From NCBI GenBank assembly GCA_013265495.1, contig MU058824.1, positions 3,313,111 to 3,377,110 on the forward strand: DNA of 64,000 bases, written 5' to 3'. The position numbers were made by a program, and so were the translations under genes. Shown here in pieces: positions 51,640 to 63,780 of this stretch. This DNA comes from Vicugna vicugna. Its lineage: Eukaryota. Each line of letters begins with the position of its first letter. The stretch's first letter is position 1. Under the pieces are notes generated by a model, which saw only the letters and a list, made by a program, of their open reading frames with translations, did not search any database and had not been told where the DNA came from.

Positions 51640-53420
51640 CCCGCCCCCACTGCCACCCCCAAAAACCCGAGCGGCTTTTCCCAGCCTGCCTTTGTCTCCG
51701 GAGCCACGCCGAGCTCCCGGACAGCTCCCACCGGGCAAGGCCCCTTACGGGCTTCCTTCTCTCCTCTTCACCGGGGAAGGAGGGCTTCATCCCTGCCACA
51801 GGGCCCAGTGACCTCGGAGGCCCTCGGGCCGGTGTCCCTTGGGGCTTGGGCTCTCCATCGGAACTTGCACCTGGGAGTCCGGGAGCAGCCTGGAGCTGGC
51901 TCTTTTCTGACAGCGTCCCACCAAAGTCCGCGACTTTTCTTATTTCCAATTCTGTTCTGTGGAGGGTCAGTTCTGGAAACTACAGGCTTAGCTGACCTGC
52001 GGCACGGAATGCGGAGCAAAGTGCAAGCAGGGAGCCGGGAGCTGGAATGGGCAGCCGCTGGGCAGACTCCTCAGGCCCCAGCGTTTCGAGACGTCGCCAC
52101 CGGGACTTGACGAGGGGCGGCGTCGGACCCAACCGCCGTCGGAGGGACAGCATTTTCGGCTCAGCGTCTTTAGCTTAGAATTTTGGCTTAATTCAATCTA
52201 AATGGCGTCTTGGAATTCATTTTATTTTTTCCAAAGCCTACGAGGTGGGAACTCAACCTCGAAATCAGAGTATGTGCGTGGGTCTCGCGAGGGGAATTCG
52301 CATCGAAGAGAGAACCCGGGGTTACCGACGGGCCGGGCGCCGCGAGTGTGGGCAATCCAGGTCCAGCCAGTGGGGAGACACACCACCTTGCGGGCTCACC
52401 TCGCAGTTCGCTCACACCTCAGGCAGTCGCGGTTGTGATTGGTGGCACTAGGCGGAAAAGCCGCTGGCCTCAATCACAACCCGTCTGGATTGGCTTCCGC
52501 GCACAGTCGCTTTTCTATAGTCCAAACCCAGTGCCGCTTAGTGATAAATCCCGCCTTAAAAGTCGTTTGATAACAGTTTTACGTGTTGTAAGGCAAACCA
52601 TGATTGGTCGCAGCGCTCACGGATTCGGTCCGTAGTAAACACAGCGAAGCTCCCGGGCAGCGGATTGGTCGGTGTTCCGAGGGCCGAGTAAATGCTCCGG
52701 ATTCCTCACGCCAGCTGGCTGCCCTTCTGCCCCGGCCCCGCCCCCTCCACTTCTAATTGGTTGCAGCTCGGCCGGAGGGGAGGAGGAAAGCTGCGGAGTA
52801 GGCGACCTCGCGTTGCGTCACTTCCGTTTACTGCCGGCCGCCGCCGCGGTGTTCTCAGAGAGAGGCGGCGAACGCGCTGAAGGAGCGGGGGGACGAGAGG
52901 CCGGGTGGGCGGGAGGAGGAGGAAATCCCATCCCGGGGGGGCCAGCCTGGACGTTCTCGCCTCCTCCGACGCTGTCGGGTCGAATAGGAGAAGGGTCACC
53001 GCCTCCTCCAGCGAGAAGGGGGGCGGAGCCCGGCTCAGGTGAGGCGACCCTGTCAACGCGAGTGGTGGTGGCGCGCGCGGGCGCGCTCACGTGGAGACGG
53101 TTGCGCTCTGGGGGAGCTGGGTGGGCGGCGCGAGCAGGGTTTCGTCCAGGCTCCGGGTCGCGCGCAGACGCGTACCCGTGCCCCACCTCGCCTACCCTGC
53201 CAGTCTTTCTGAGGGGGTATTGTTACCCTTGGAGCGGAGAGGCCAGGCGGGTGGGAGGCGTGTTCTTCTGCGCAGGCGTCTCCGGTGTCCCGACGACAGG
53301 CTCTCTGTCTGCCGGGTGGAGCGGGGGCTCTTGCCTCCTCGGATGTGCGGCGGGCGGCGTTGGTTACTGGGATCAGATGGTAAAGGCCTGGGACCACAGC
53401 CTGGCGGAGTGAATAGAGGG
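51640..53420 (+). promoter_or_regulatory. ZBTB5: CpG-island promoter, assigned to ZBTB5 by synteny
   Basis: About 1.8 kb CpG-rich block with five ATTGG boxes, an ETS-CRE motif, TCTCGCGAG and GC boxes; ZBTB5 lies head-to-head with POLR1E in human. Confidence 0.8.
52820..53038 (+). other. ZBTB5: Putative non-coding exon 1 of ZBTB5 (start approximate); intron 1 runs past the window end
   Basis: Strong donor CAG|GTGAGG at 53038/53039 inside the CpG island; no BTB or zinc-finger CDS seen downstream; identity rests on synteny only. Confidence 0.65.
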
Positions 53421-54811
53421 TCTTCGGGATGAAGTCGGGTGGCTCCCTTGCCCCCATCCTGGGTCTCTTTGAGCGACGAGGTTTCATTTCACCGGTGCAA
53501 GGCCAAGGAGGTCTGGAATCGGGAACCGATGGCTGACCCTGGAGGGGTGGAGCCAGTGTTTTGGAATGCCAACTTATCAGAGGACTAAAGTGTTTGCAGG
53601 CTTTCATTGAATACCCACTGCTTCCACGCTTGTGCTAGAAGCTGTGGGGGATGCTGTGGTAAGAACAGCCTTCCCCCCTCCCCTTGTTTGGAGGACATAC
53701 AGATTTGTATGTAAATGTTAACATTAGGTAGTGAATTAAGGTGGGGGTCGACGGTTGGTTTTTTACCTTCCAAAAAAGGCCATTTGTTGTTAAAGTCAAT
53801 CTGTATTTCTGGCATAGTGGAGGGTACTGTGGAAGCTAGTTTCTGAAGAGGACACAAATCCTCGGTGCTTAATGTGGAGAAAAATTTTTAGGTAAAACTG
53901 CAGTAAAGTCTTGATTACGAAGCAGTATGCTCAGGTTCTGGTTAATTTGAATGAATGGAAGTAAGAAACCATTCACCTTCAAGAATTGAAGCAAAAATAT
54001 TTCCAAAATATGTTCATGTACTTTTCAATTGTAGTAGGTAGATGATATTACATACATTGGATCTTTCTTTAGAGATTGAAGAGAATGCTGTGCCTGAGTC
54101 ATCATTGGTTATCCTTGTCTGGGCTAGTGTGCCTTAGACGATTAAAAGAAGGTGGGCTTGGTGCCTCATAATTTTCTGGAGAAACTGCATTCGGTAAAGT
54201 GTTACGATTGAGGTGGTGAGGGTGGTTAAGGTGGTGAGGATGGTAAGCTAAAAGAGCAGAAGTGGGAGAAAGAGACTAGGTGGGGAGACGAGAGAGAGAA
54301 TTTTAGAGAAAAGCCTCCAAACGAAGGGAAGGCCTTCCATTATTGCTTTAGTCCTCTCTGGAAATCCTAGGAAACTTGGGAAGACCGGCCCCACCACCAC
54401 TGTCAGCTTGGTGATCTGCCAGGTAAGACTGGTTGAGGACCTGTTCTGGGCCCTTGCGTTTTGCTAAAAAATGAGCCAGGACCTTTTAAATAAGAGTCCT
54501 GAAGTCAACTTGTGTTCTTATTTGGCTTTTCTCTCCTAAGAGTTGTGTCAAAACATGGTATAGTGAGCGGAGGATACTGGCAAGCTATATTCTAGCTATT
54601 TGAGTTGTCCAGCAAAATTCTGAAAGTAAGATTTGGAAGAAGAACATCTCAGAGTGGGTGTTTACCTAAACTTAGTGTCATTGCTCTCAAAAGAGACTGT
54701 CAAAAGACTATCACAAGATGTTAAAGTCATTTAAAAAATCACTTGGATATGAAATGCATGTAAATATTTAGTATTTAAAGTACTTAGCATGAATTCTATT
54801 GAATTGGAGTT

Positions 54812-55422
54812 CTTTTTTTATTGAAGTATTGTTGGTATACAGTGTTGTGTTAGTTTCTGGTGTACAACATGGTGATTCAGTTATACATACATATATTGAT
54901 ATTGAATATAGTTCCTATGCTATACAGTAGAACCTTGTTATTTATCTATTTTATATACAGTAGTTAGTATCTCCAAATCCCAAACTGCTAATTTATCCCT
55001 CCCTCCCTCCTTTCCCCCCTGGTAGCCATAAGTTTATTTTCTATGTCTGTGAGTCTCTTTCTGTTTTGTAAATAAGTTCATTTGTGTCATTTTTTTTTAG
55101 ATTCCACATATAAGTGATGTCATATGTTATTTGTCTTTGACTTACTTCACTTAGTATGATAATCTCTAGGGCCATCCATGCTGCTGTAAATGGCTCTATT
55201 TCATTCTTTTTTATGGCTGAGTAGTATTCTGCTGTGTATATATATACCACAACTTCTTTATCCAGTCATCTATCAGTGGGCATTTAGGTTGCTTCCATGT
55301 CTTGGCTATTGTAAATAGTACTGCTATGAACATTAGGGTGCATGTATCTTTTCAAGTTAGAGTTTTCTTTCAATATATACACAGGAGTGGGATTGCTGAA
55401 TCATATGGTAACTCTAGTTTTT
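54812..55422 (-). mobile_element. LINE-1 3' fragment
   Basis: Minus-strand peptide YYSAIKKNEIEPFTAAWMALEIIILSEVSQ; T-rich tail at 54812. Confidence 0.9.
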
Positions 55423-56451
55423 TAACTAAACTTTCGTGTACACTGAGATATGACAAAGCTTGCTGTTGTGCTGACACAGAATCTTGAGTCTGCCTCAGTT
55501 TCTCCTTGGAAAGGAAAAAAAAAACCCAAGGTATTGATTTCATGTTAGTCTTGAAGTTTTTTTTTAATGTAAACTTGTTGTCAGCAAATACTTTTCCCCT
55601 GTCAGTTATAAGCATGTGCATCCTTTTATATTGTACTTAACAGTTCTCAAATAAGAATGTTGTCTAGGAGAGCCAGATTGTGTTGGTGTAGCAGGTGGGA
55701 TGGAGTGTAACACTACACGTACCTTTTGTCTAAGTATGACGTGAACTTCTCATATGCTAAATATCAGCTGTTTCTGAGTGAATTATTGCTCTTACAGTTG
55801 TTTTCATCATTTTCATCACTGAATAGTGGCTTTTAATCTCCAGATTCTAATTTGGGGGGGGTACCTTTCATTTGATTAATTATACATCTATTTACTAAAA
55901 GCTTTGATTTATCTTTCTGACAGCTCAAACAGATTAGGAATTGTGCTGGTGTACTGACATTTTACTGAAATATAGGTAGATGACTGTCTTAGTATCTAAG
56001 ATTATTTTATCTGTAGCTAATTTTCCATGTGATATTCTGACTTATTTGAGTGGTATGTTTAAGGTTCCAGTATTTCCCTAAACCACATTTTAATCTTGAA
56101 GACAGGATGCCATAAGTAAGCATTATGTGGAGCTTAATTGGCAGCTTTTTTCCCACTAATGTTAAATGAAATGTTGTATTTTATAATCACTGGCATCTTA
56201 AGATTTAATGAAACTTGGTACAGGTAAAAGAATTTTTTACCCAATCAATTCATTGTTAATTGTAACCAGTTAATTTTCCAAATCTGCCTTCGTACTCTGG
56301 AGAAAGTTTGTTATTGAAAGGAATCCTATTGGAAGTAATACTTTTTCCCATATATACATGGAAATTAATGTATTGTTTTGTTTCTTTGACAAATTTTAAA
56401 GGATGATTGTATATTGGATCTGCTCTGTGGAAACTATACTTGGTGTTATTT

Positions 56452-56633
56452 TGTGTACTTGATAGCAAGCTTACATATGCTCTATTTCCAACTTCTTAAG
56501 TTTCAAACGGTTAGGGTGAATTGCTCTCCCTTTTCTTGTGTGCTTGATAACAAGCTTACACATGCTTTATTTTCAACTTCTTAAGTTTCAAACGATTAGG
56601 GTGAATTGCTCCCCCTTTTCTTCTGTACATGAT
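56452..56633. repeat. Tandem duplication, 85-bp unit, about 2.1 copies
   Basis: Unit GATAGCAAGCTTAC...CCCTTTTCTT starts at 56461 and again at 56546; about 9 mismatches by eye. Confidence 0.92.
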
Positions 56634-58944
56634 ATTGTTAACTTGCTGTAATTATTTTTCAATACATCTTAATCAATGAATTATAATTTAAAATTTGCTT
56701 AGCTGTCTTCATCTAAAAATGCAAGACCTTAAATTTTATAGTCCTTCTGTTTTAAGAGTCTACTGCAGAGAGGGTTTGAGGAAGGAGGACAGGAAGAAGA
56801 AAACCCACTGTTTTGGGGTTCAGTTTTGAGAGGAATCCACAGATGGTACAAAAATCTAAGCACACTTAGTAATGTACGTCATATTTTATTTTGAGTAGAA
56901 CGTCAGTAGCGACTTAGCTGGTGAGGTATCAGTCACTTGCTGAACACTATTGATTTGATAAGTGATTCAGAAGTGAAGAAATTATACTGCTTTGAAAGTA
57001 AACTAGTTATAATAAATGATTAAATCCATTTTTCACCTTCTCTCCTGGAAAGTCACTATCATTAATAGTGTCTGCAGTGCTCTGGCATTGCTTTCTTCTT
57101 GATAAAAGTTTAGTTTTTTCCTTAGGAAATACCTATCTTGATCTGTCAGGGGTAAAAGGCAATAAAAGCTATTTTAAAAAATTGCTGAAAAGGTTGTGTG
57201 TGGTGGGGGCAATTGGGATGAGTGTCAGGCAACATTTTTTAAATATCAGAAGGAAAATATATTTAGACTTACTAAATAGATGTTAAGATAGATTTAGTCT
57301 GAAATTTATAAGCAGTGAAAAGATGCCATTGATAGACGGTTTCTATAGTTTTTGCATAACTTTGTGAAGTTTGTGTGATCTTTAAAGCGTTTACTGGCTA
57401 CCGATGTTATTTTATCTAGATAATCAGCTAGCTGGCTATTTATTTTAAATTTCAGAAAAATATAGTACCCAAGAAAGGGAAATTTCTAGGACAGTTAAAG
57501 TGCAAGTGTAAAATTCTAAGCAGGATAAAGCAGTGAAGTTTGTCGTAAATTGTTTTGACGTTGAAGTGCAGTGCTGTCAGACTGTCTTGTAACTGACTGT
57601 CTTGGGCATGCCTGTCTCTCAGACAGCATTCTGCTGCTGGGCCTCCACCCTGACTGACGCAGGCTTGGGCAGCCTGACCTCCCTGACAGGCTTGGGCAGA
57701 CCAGGATCTTCCCTCATAACAGGTGACCCTGCCAGCAGGAATGCGTTCTGTCTCCCAGCCCCTCTTCTACCCAAAGCTCTGCTCTCTCATTCTTGTTTGG
57801 CACCAGCCTCATGGAAGGCAGGGTTGGGAGGAGCCAGTGGCAAGGACCAGCAGGAGGAAAAGGCAAAGATTATCTCACATCCTCCTGACCTTCCAAACTG
57901 GGGTCTGTTGGCAGTGGTGAAGGCTTGGCAGTGTGGTCTATGGCGGTGGTGTGTGGCATCAGTGACAAGGAAGGATTTGAGGAAGAGAAGAGAAGCCCTT
58001 CCTGCCAGCTCTTTGAAAACCCTTGCTCTAATTGCATTCCCTTAGCTGTCATTTTACACACCTGTCTTTTCACTCTCACTTTCAGCCTTTGACCTGACCC
58101 TGCTTTTCAGCTTTATCTCTTTACTCCCTCCAGTCTCCTACTCCTTATTCCTCACCTGTGCTCACACTAGTATCTGCATACTGTCTCTCCTCTGAACATC
58201 CTGTCATCCGCCACTGGGCTCATGTCTCCCTAGGGGCTGCTCCCATACTGCAAAGTGAAGTTTTGTGGTTGGACCTAGGTTCACGTCTCTTCTCCTTCAC
58301 TTACTGTACTAGTTGGGTGATGTTGGCCCCAGACACGGGGATGACAGTCACTGCTTGAGCATCATCTATAAGAGATACATGTCAAGTACCTACAGGACCT
58401 GGCTCTTAGGAGGCATTCAACCCTTTCATCAACTAACAGAAGTACAGTGGTGAGTGTGGTACAGTGCTACTGACAGTTTGCTACTGTAGTGACAAGTTAA
58501 AGGCATACTTTGTGAGTGATTTTGGAAGGTAATATTACTGAGAAAATGCTGAGGGATTTCTTTCACAAACTTGAGTAGCACAATATATGTATAAATCAAA
58601 GGCCGCCTTTACACTAAAGTCTCATTGATCCAGTATCTTTGAAGAATGAGATCCCACGTACATGCATTTTCCATATATGTGAAATTTACCTACTTCAGAG
58701 GTTTTCAGACTTTTTGACCTCAGAATTCCTGTACACATTTAACAATTATTGATGACTCCGAAGGGCTTTTGTGAGTTAGCACAATCAGTATCTAACATAT
58801 TAGAAAATAAAATGGAGGGAGAAATTTAAGTATTTATTGAAAGTAATAACCCATTACATGTTAGCATAAATAACATATTTTTATGAAAATTAAGTATTTT
58901 CCAAAACAAATATTTAGTGAAAATCGTGGCATTTAAAAAAAATA

Positions 58945-59975
58945 AACTTTACTTTTTAGAACAGTTTTGACTTACAGAATGCGAAGATAGAGTTCTCATA
59001 TGCCCACACCCAGGTTTCCCTATTATTAACATCTTGTGTTAGTACGATACATTTGTTATAATTAATTAATGATTATTGATACTTCATTATTAACTAAAGT
59101 CAATTCTTTATTCAGGTTTCCTCAGTTTTTTACCTCTTGCCATTTTTCTGTTCCAAGATCTCATCCAGGATACTACATTACATTTAGTCATTTTGTCCGC
59201 TTAGGCTCCTCTTGACTATGACAGTTTCTCATACTTTTCTGGTTTTCAGTGACTTTGATAGTTTTGAGGAGTACTTGTCAGGTATTTTGTAGAATGTCCC
59301 TCAATTAGGATTTGTCTGATTTCTTTTTCATGATTAGACTAAGGTTACGGTTTTTTTAGGGGAAGATACAGAGGTAAAGTACTATTCTCGCCATATCATC
59401 GTGTGATGCGGACCAAGGTGCACGCTGTCAGCATGACTTACTCCCGGCCATGTTGCCTTGGTCACCTGTCTGAGATAGTGTTGTCAGATTTTTCCATGGT
59501 GAAATTACTCCTCTCCCCTCCTTTTCATCCTGTGCTCCGGAAGGAAGTCCCTATGCACAGCTCACCCTAAGGAGTGGAGAGTTACACTCCTTCTCCTTAA
59601 GGGCAGAGTATCTACATAAATTATGTGGAATCTGTCTGCACAGGAGGTTTGTCTCTTCTCCCATTTATTTTTCTAATCATTTATATCAGTATGGACTTAC
59701 AGATATTTATTGTATATTTTAGGTTATAATCCAGTACTATTTGTCTTTGCTCAATTGTCCCGCTTTGGCCTTTGGGAGCTCTGGCTCCTATTGGGTCCTG
59801 TGCCCCTTTCACATACTGCCATTATGACGTCTGTTTGTTGTTTTAAGCACTTTCTTACTGTCTGGCTCTATAAGATGCTGCAGGCTGATCTTGTGTATTT
59901 CCTGCCCCAGTTCTAGACTGGGTTCCTTTTTTTAGAGAATAGTATTTGAAATCAGGATCTGGGCACCAAGAATGC
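58945..59975 (-). mobile_element. Old L1M 3' UTR inserted in a Charlie element
   Basis: TTTTAGAACAGTTTTGACTTACAGAA...GGTATTTTGTAGAATGTCCCTCAAT...CCTGCCCCAG. Confidence 0.7.
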
Positions 59976-60309
59976 TCACAGTGGCATTGTTCTTAATATT
60001 TTTTGCAAATCTCTTTACTGTCTGGTTTAATAGAAGGTAGGTGGAGTCTCATACCTGCTTCTATATTCAGTGTGTTGTGATATACTTTTTTTGTTCTCTG
60101 GGTTTTGTTTGTTTGTTTTCTTTCTTTCCAGCTTTATTGAAGTATGATTGATAAAAATAAAATTTATATATTTAAGGTGTCCAGCATGAGGTTTTGATGT
60201 CTACATATATTGTGACATGATTACTGCAATCAAGCTAATTAACATATCTGTCACCTCACATAGTTATCTATTTTGTTTGTTTGCTTACTTTTTTAAACAG
60301 CTTTTTAAT

Positions 60310-60462
60310 AGATTTTTAAATTTAATTTTATGTATTTTAGGGGGAGGATTAGGTTTATTTATTTATTTACTTACTTACATGTTTGAATGGAGGTACTGGG
60401 GATTGAACCCAGGACCTTGTACATGCTAAGCATGTGCTCTACCACTGAGCTATTACCTTCCC
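60310..60462 (-). mobile_element. tRNA-derived SINE (Vic-1-like)
   Basis: Reverse complement GGGAAGGTAATAGCTCAGTGGTAGAGCACATGCTTAGC...GGGTTCAATCCCCAGTACCTCC. Confidence 0.88.
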
Positions 60463-63399
60463 TGTTGAAAGCTCAAATTTTACCATAGACAACAAGTACT
60501 GTAAATTGTCTTCATTGAAATGACAAGCTCTTTTCATTCATTTTCAAAAAAATATCTGGCAAATAGTCAAGACTGAATAACCATAGTTTGTCATTTGTTC
60601 TTCCAAATAAAAATGGTGCTTGATTAAAACAATTAGTTCAGTTTACAACTGAAAAGTTACACAAGTATTTTCCCTCGAGACAACGTTGTATTTCAGTACG
60701 CAGCACAGTTACTTCAGGTGTACTTCACATTTCATCTCACATAATATTAAAAAAGATTTTCAAGAATCAAAACTAAGTAACAGTTGTGAAGGGAAGGGGG
60801 AGACTAGATCCCCTGTAGAGTCAGCGTTCTTGCCTTAGTAGCTGTGTCCAGCACGGACAGAGACAGCTTTCTGGCCGGATTATTCCTGTTGCCCAGTTCA
60901 AGCTCAGGTGCCCAATCTTCCCATCAGTTCTGGGAGCAAACCAGTGACCTTTCAGCAACTTATTTTTATCCTTAAGTTAGTTAGAATCAGTTTCTGTTGC
61001 TGCAACCCGAGACCATATTGTGACTGGTACTTTAAAAAATACAATTAAGATATATTTTACAAAAGTTATCTGAAAAGTGATGGTAGTCTTTAGTTCAGAA
61101 TTATGTGCCTCATGGGTAATTTCTGCTGACTTGCGGTAATCATTAACATCAGTTATGAGCATTCACTGTCCAGTACCTCCTACTTCCAGCCGGAATGGAT
61201 ACATGCTTTCCCCACCTCAAACCTTCGCTGCCTTTACCTCTGTCTAGAATGTACCGTACATCTCAGTTTATCCAAATCCAAACCGGTATGTAGCTCTGTT
61301 GTCAGTGCCAACATGAAGCTCGAAATACCCTTTGCCTTCTCTGAGCCACTGGGTACCTTCATCTCCTATGTGGCACTTAACGCTTTCTACTTGGTAATAC
61401 GGTTATCTGTGGATGACTTGTTTCCACTAAGCCCCTGTGACGGTTAGAACTGACTGCAATACAGATCTCTGTTCCACAGCACTTAATCTTGAACAAAGTA
61501 AGTGCTTCAAAACGTTGGATGGATGAATTTGTATACCAGATACACGAACACCTTCCTAGGCATCTGAGATCTTGAGGGCTGATCGCCCCCCAGTACGTGC
61601 TGCTGGGCCCCTTTGGGCCCCTTTTCTCCCTTGGTGGGTCAGCTGTCTCTTTTTGCAGCTGTCAACATGCAGCCTCCTCTTGCCCTCATTCTAGAATTGC
61701 TGTTGCTCATCTTCAGCCATTTAGGAAACTAGAAAAACTTAGATTTTGTTTAAAACAAAAGATTGTGTAAGGCTCAAGGGACTTTCCTATGAGGAAATCT
61801 TGCATACATAGACTTTGATCTTTACTGTGGGTGTTCTAAGATTTTCTTTCTGGCTTTTGGCTGATTTCAGAGACAGTTGGGACTCTCAGAAAAATGAGTG
61901 TTGGGTAATATGGTGTCATATTTCATCTACATACAAAGTTCATTCAACAAATAATTTATTAAATTGTATATCAGGCACTTGGGGAGAGAGAGAGAAAACA
62001 TAGTCCCTGGCCTCAGCAAGCAGTTTTTAGTAGGAACATTTTTACTTGACACTAGAATGTAAGTAGGGCATTAATAACTTTTCTTATTCAAACTGAATTA
62101 TGAAGTTCTGGGTTAGCTAATCCCTAGGAATTCTGAACTGGAAAACAAGGTGAGAGTGGGGAAAGTTGGAGGGTAGGGTGAGATCATAAGGGCTTCTGGC
62201 ATTAATAGCGTGACACTCCCAGTCATGCTCACCTTTAGTCATTGATGGATTCCCTTTTTAATAGGCTTAATCTGTCCAGTTTCTGAGCCAGCCCTGACAC
62301 AGCAGAACCAGAGACTATGAAGTTGGTCACGCTGACAGATCTGGTACCTGGAGTTAACCTTGGGTACCTGTGTGCCCACCTAGTCCCACTTAGTTGGTCA
62401 GATCAGAAGATCGATGAATGTTCTAGGACTCCAGCACTTGGAACACTGTCAAAAATCCTAGCCTGCTTGACTGAGACCTTGCCTAGTTTTGTTCTCTTAA
62501 ATTTATTTTCACTTATATCATCTCTACAAGTGGGCAAAAAAGCTCTGTTTATTTTTCTGCTAGGGTTTTATCTAGATTAGGGATGTTGAATATTAAAATT
62601 CCTTAGAATGTTAAGATTCTTCTTACAGTGCAACTTTGAGGTCCTGTGCTGGCAGTCAGGCAACAAATCATTTGATACGGTGATAGATGATGTTGAGTAT
62701 GGGTGTACTTTTCTTTATGAACTAATATGTCATTGAGAAACATGTGGGTCTGTCAGTTTATAAATCACGTAGTTTAAAACGGGCTATTAACTAACTGGCT
62801 TATTCTAGGAAACAAATGAACTTTTTTTTTTATTAGTCTAAGTAAAGCATTATTAGAAAGGTAAATCTATTGAGAAAACAGTCAGCTCTTGATTATTCAT
62901 GTAAACGTAATGAGCAGTGGTATAAATGTATTTTCTTAACTATATTTAGTTTGGAAATTACTAAAACTCTGTTCCTGCAGATAATAAATACCTAGTGTAC
63001 ACTTGCTTTGAGTCAGACATTTACAAATTGGTAGATTGCTTGCTGTATCTCCTCCACCCATATAGACTCATAGTCACATTTTGAAAGCTTTTAAAGAGAT
63101 CTGAAGCTTTTTTCCTCAGTTAAGGAAGAAGGCTTCAGACAGGCAGCTTTTGGCAAAGCACTTATCTTCTCAGCATGAGCTCTTGTAGAGCTTTTAGACT
63201 GGATCTCTTGAGTTTGCTAGAGATGCTTGTGAGTTTTGTGATTCCTGATTCCTTTCCTTCCAGCACAGCAGAAAGTAATAAATTTCATATATTCCAAACT
63301 AACTTATTTTTAAAAAATACCCTTTTAGATCCAAAAGTGTTGGATAGCCATGTTACTTAGGTTTTTGTTTTTTTTTTTAAGATTTTGAGTTCAACTTCA

Positions 63400-63780
63400 C
63401 ACTGTGTTTATCCAGCATAAATCGGGTTAGGGTAAGAGCGATTCTTTGGCTCATGGAATAGAAAGTCCTAGGGTCATGCTAAGTACGTCATGGCTGGATC
63501 CCAGGGTCTTGATGAGATCAGAACCCCGTTTTTAGATGGCTTGCTTATATGCCAGCTTCATTTTCAGGTAGGCAAAAATTGCCACCATCAGTACTAGACT
63601 TGCATCTCCCTCACAGCTCGCAGTCTGGGTGAAGAGGGTATCTCTGTCTTGATAGTACTAGCAAAAACCTCTAGGGCAGACTCTAACTGGCATGGCTTGG
63701 GTCACATACCCATCTCTGAAACAATGATTGAATGAAGGGGCGTGGTTACCAAAGTAGCCAGGCCTCCCTGGGTCATCTGG
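63400..63780 (-). mobile_element. Old MLT1 LTR remnant
   Basis: GGCTGGATCCCAGGG...GCATGGCTTGGGTCACATACCCATCTCTGAA. Confidence 0.55.

Larger units (their letters stand above)
58697..60780. mobile_element. Fragmented Charlie1-like hAT transposon (pieces about 58697-58935, 59980-60085, 60465-60780)
   Basis: CAGAGGTTTTCAGACTTTTTGACCTCAG terminus; AGTGAAAATCGTGGCATT resumes as GTGGCATTGTTC...TTTTGCAAATCTCTTTA. Confidence 0.6.

Noticed and set aside
52672..53412. 246-aa + strand ORF, and overlapping 116-184-aa - strand ORFs
   Set aside because: GC-rich CpG-island sequence depleted of stop codons; GTG start; low-complexity G/A/P/R peptide; runs through the exon 1 donor; no BTB domain
54208..54247. 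GGTGGTGAG-type 9-mer microrepeat / G-quadruplex candidate
   Set aside because: Short, degenerate, mostly GG runs; common background
56452..56633. Direct repeats as a CRISPR-like array
   Set aside because: Only two contiguous copies with no spacers, in a mammalian intron
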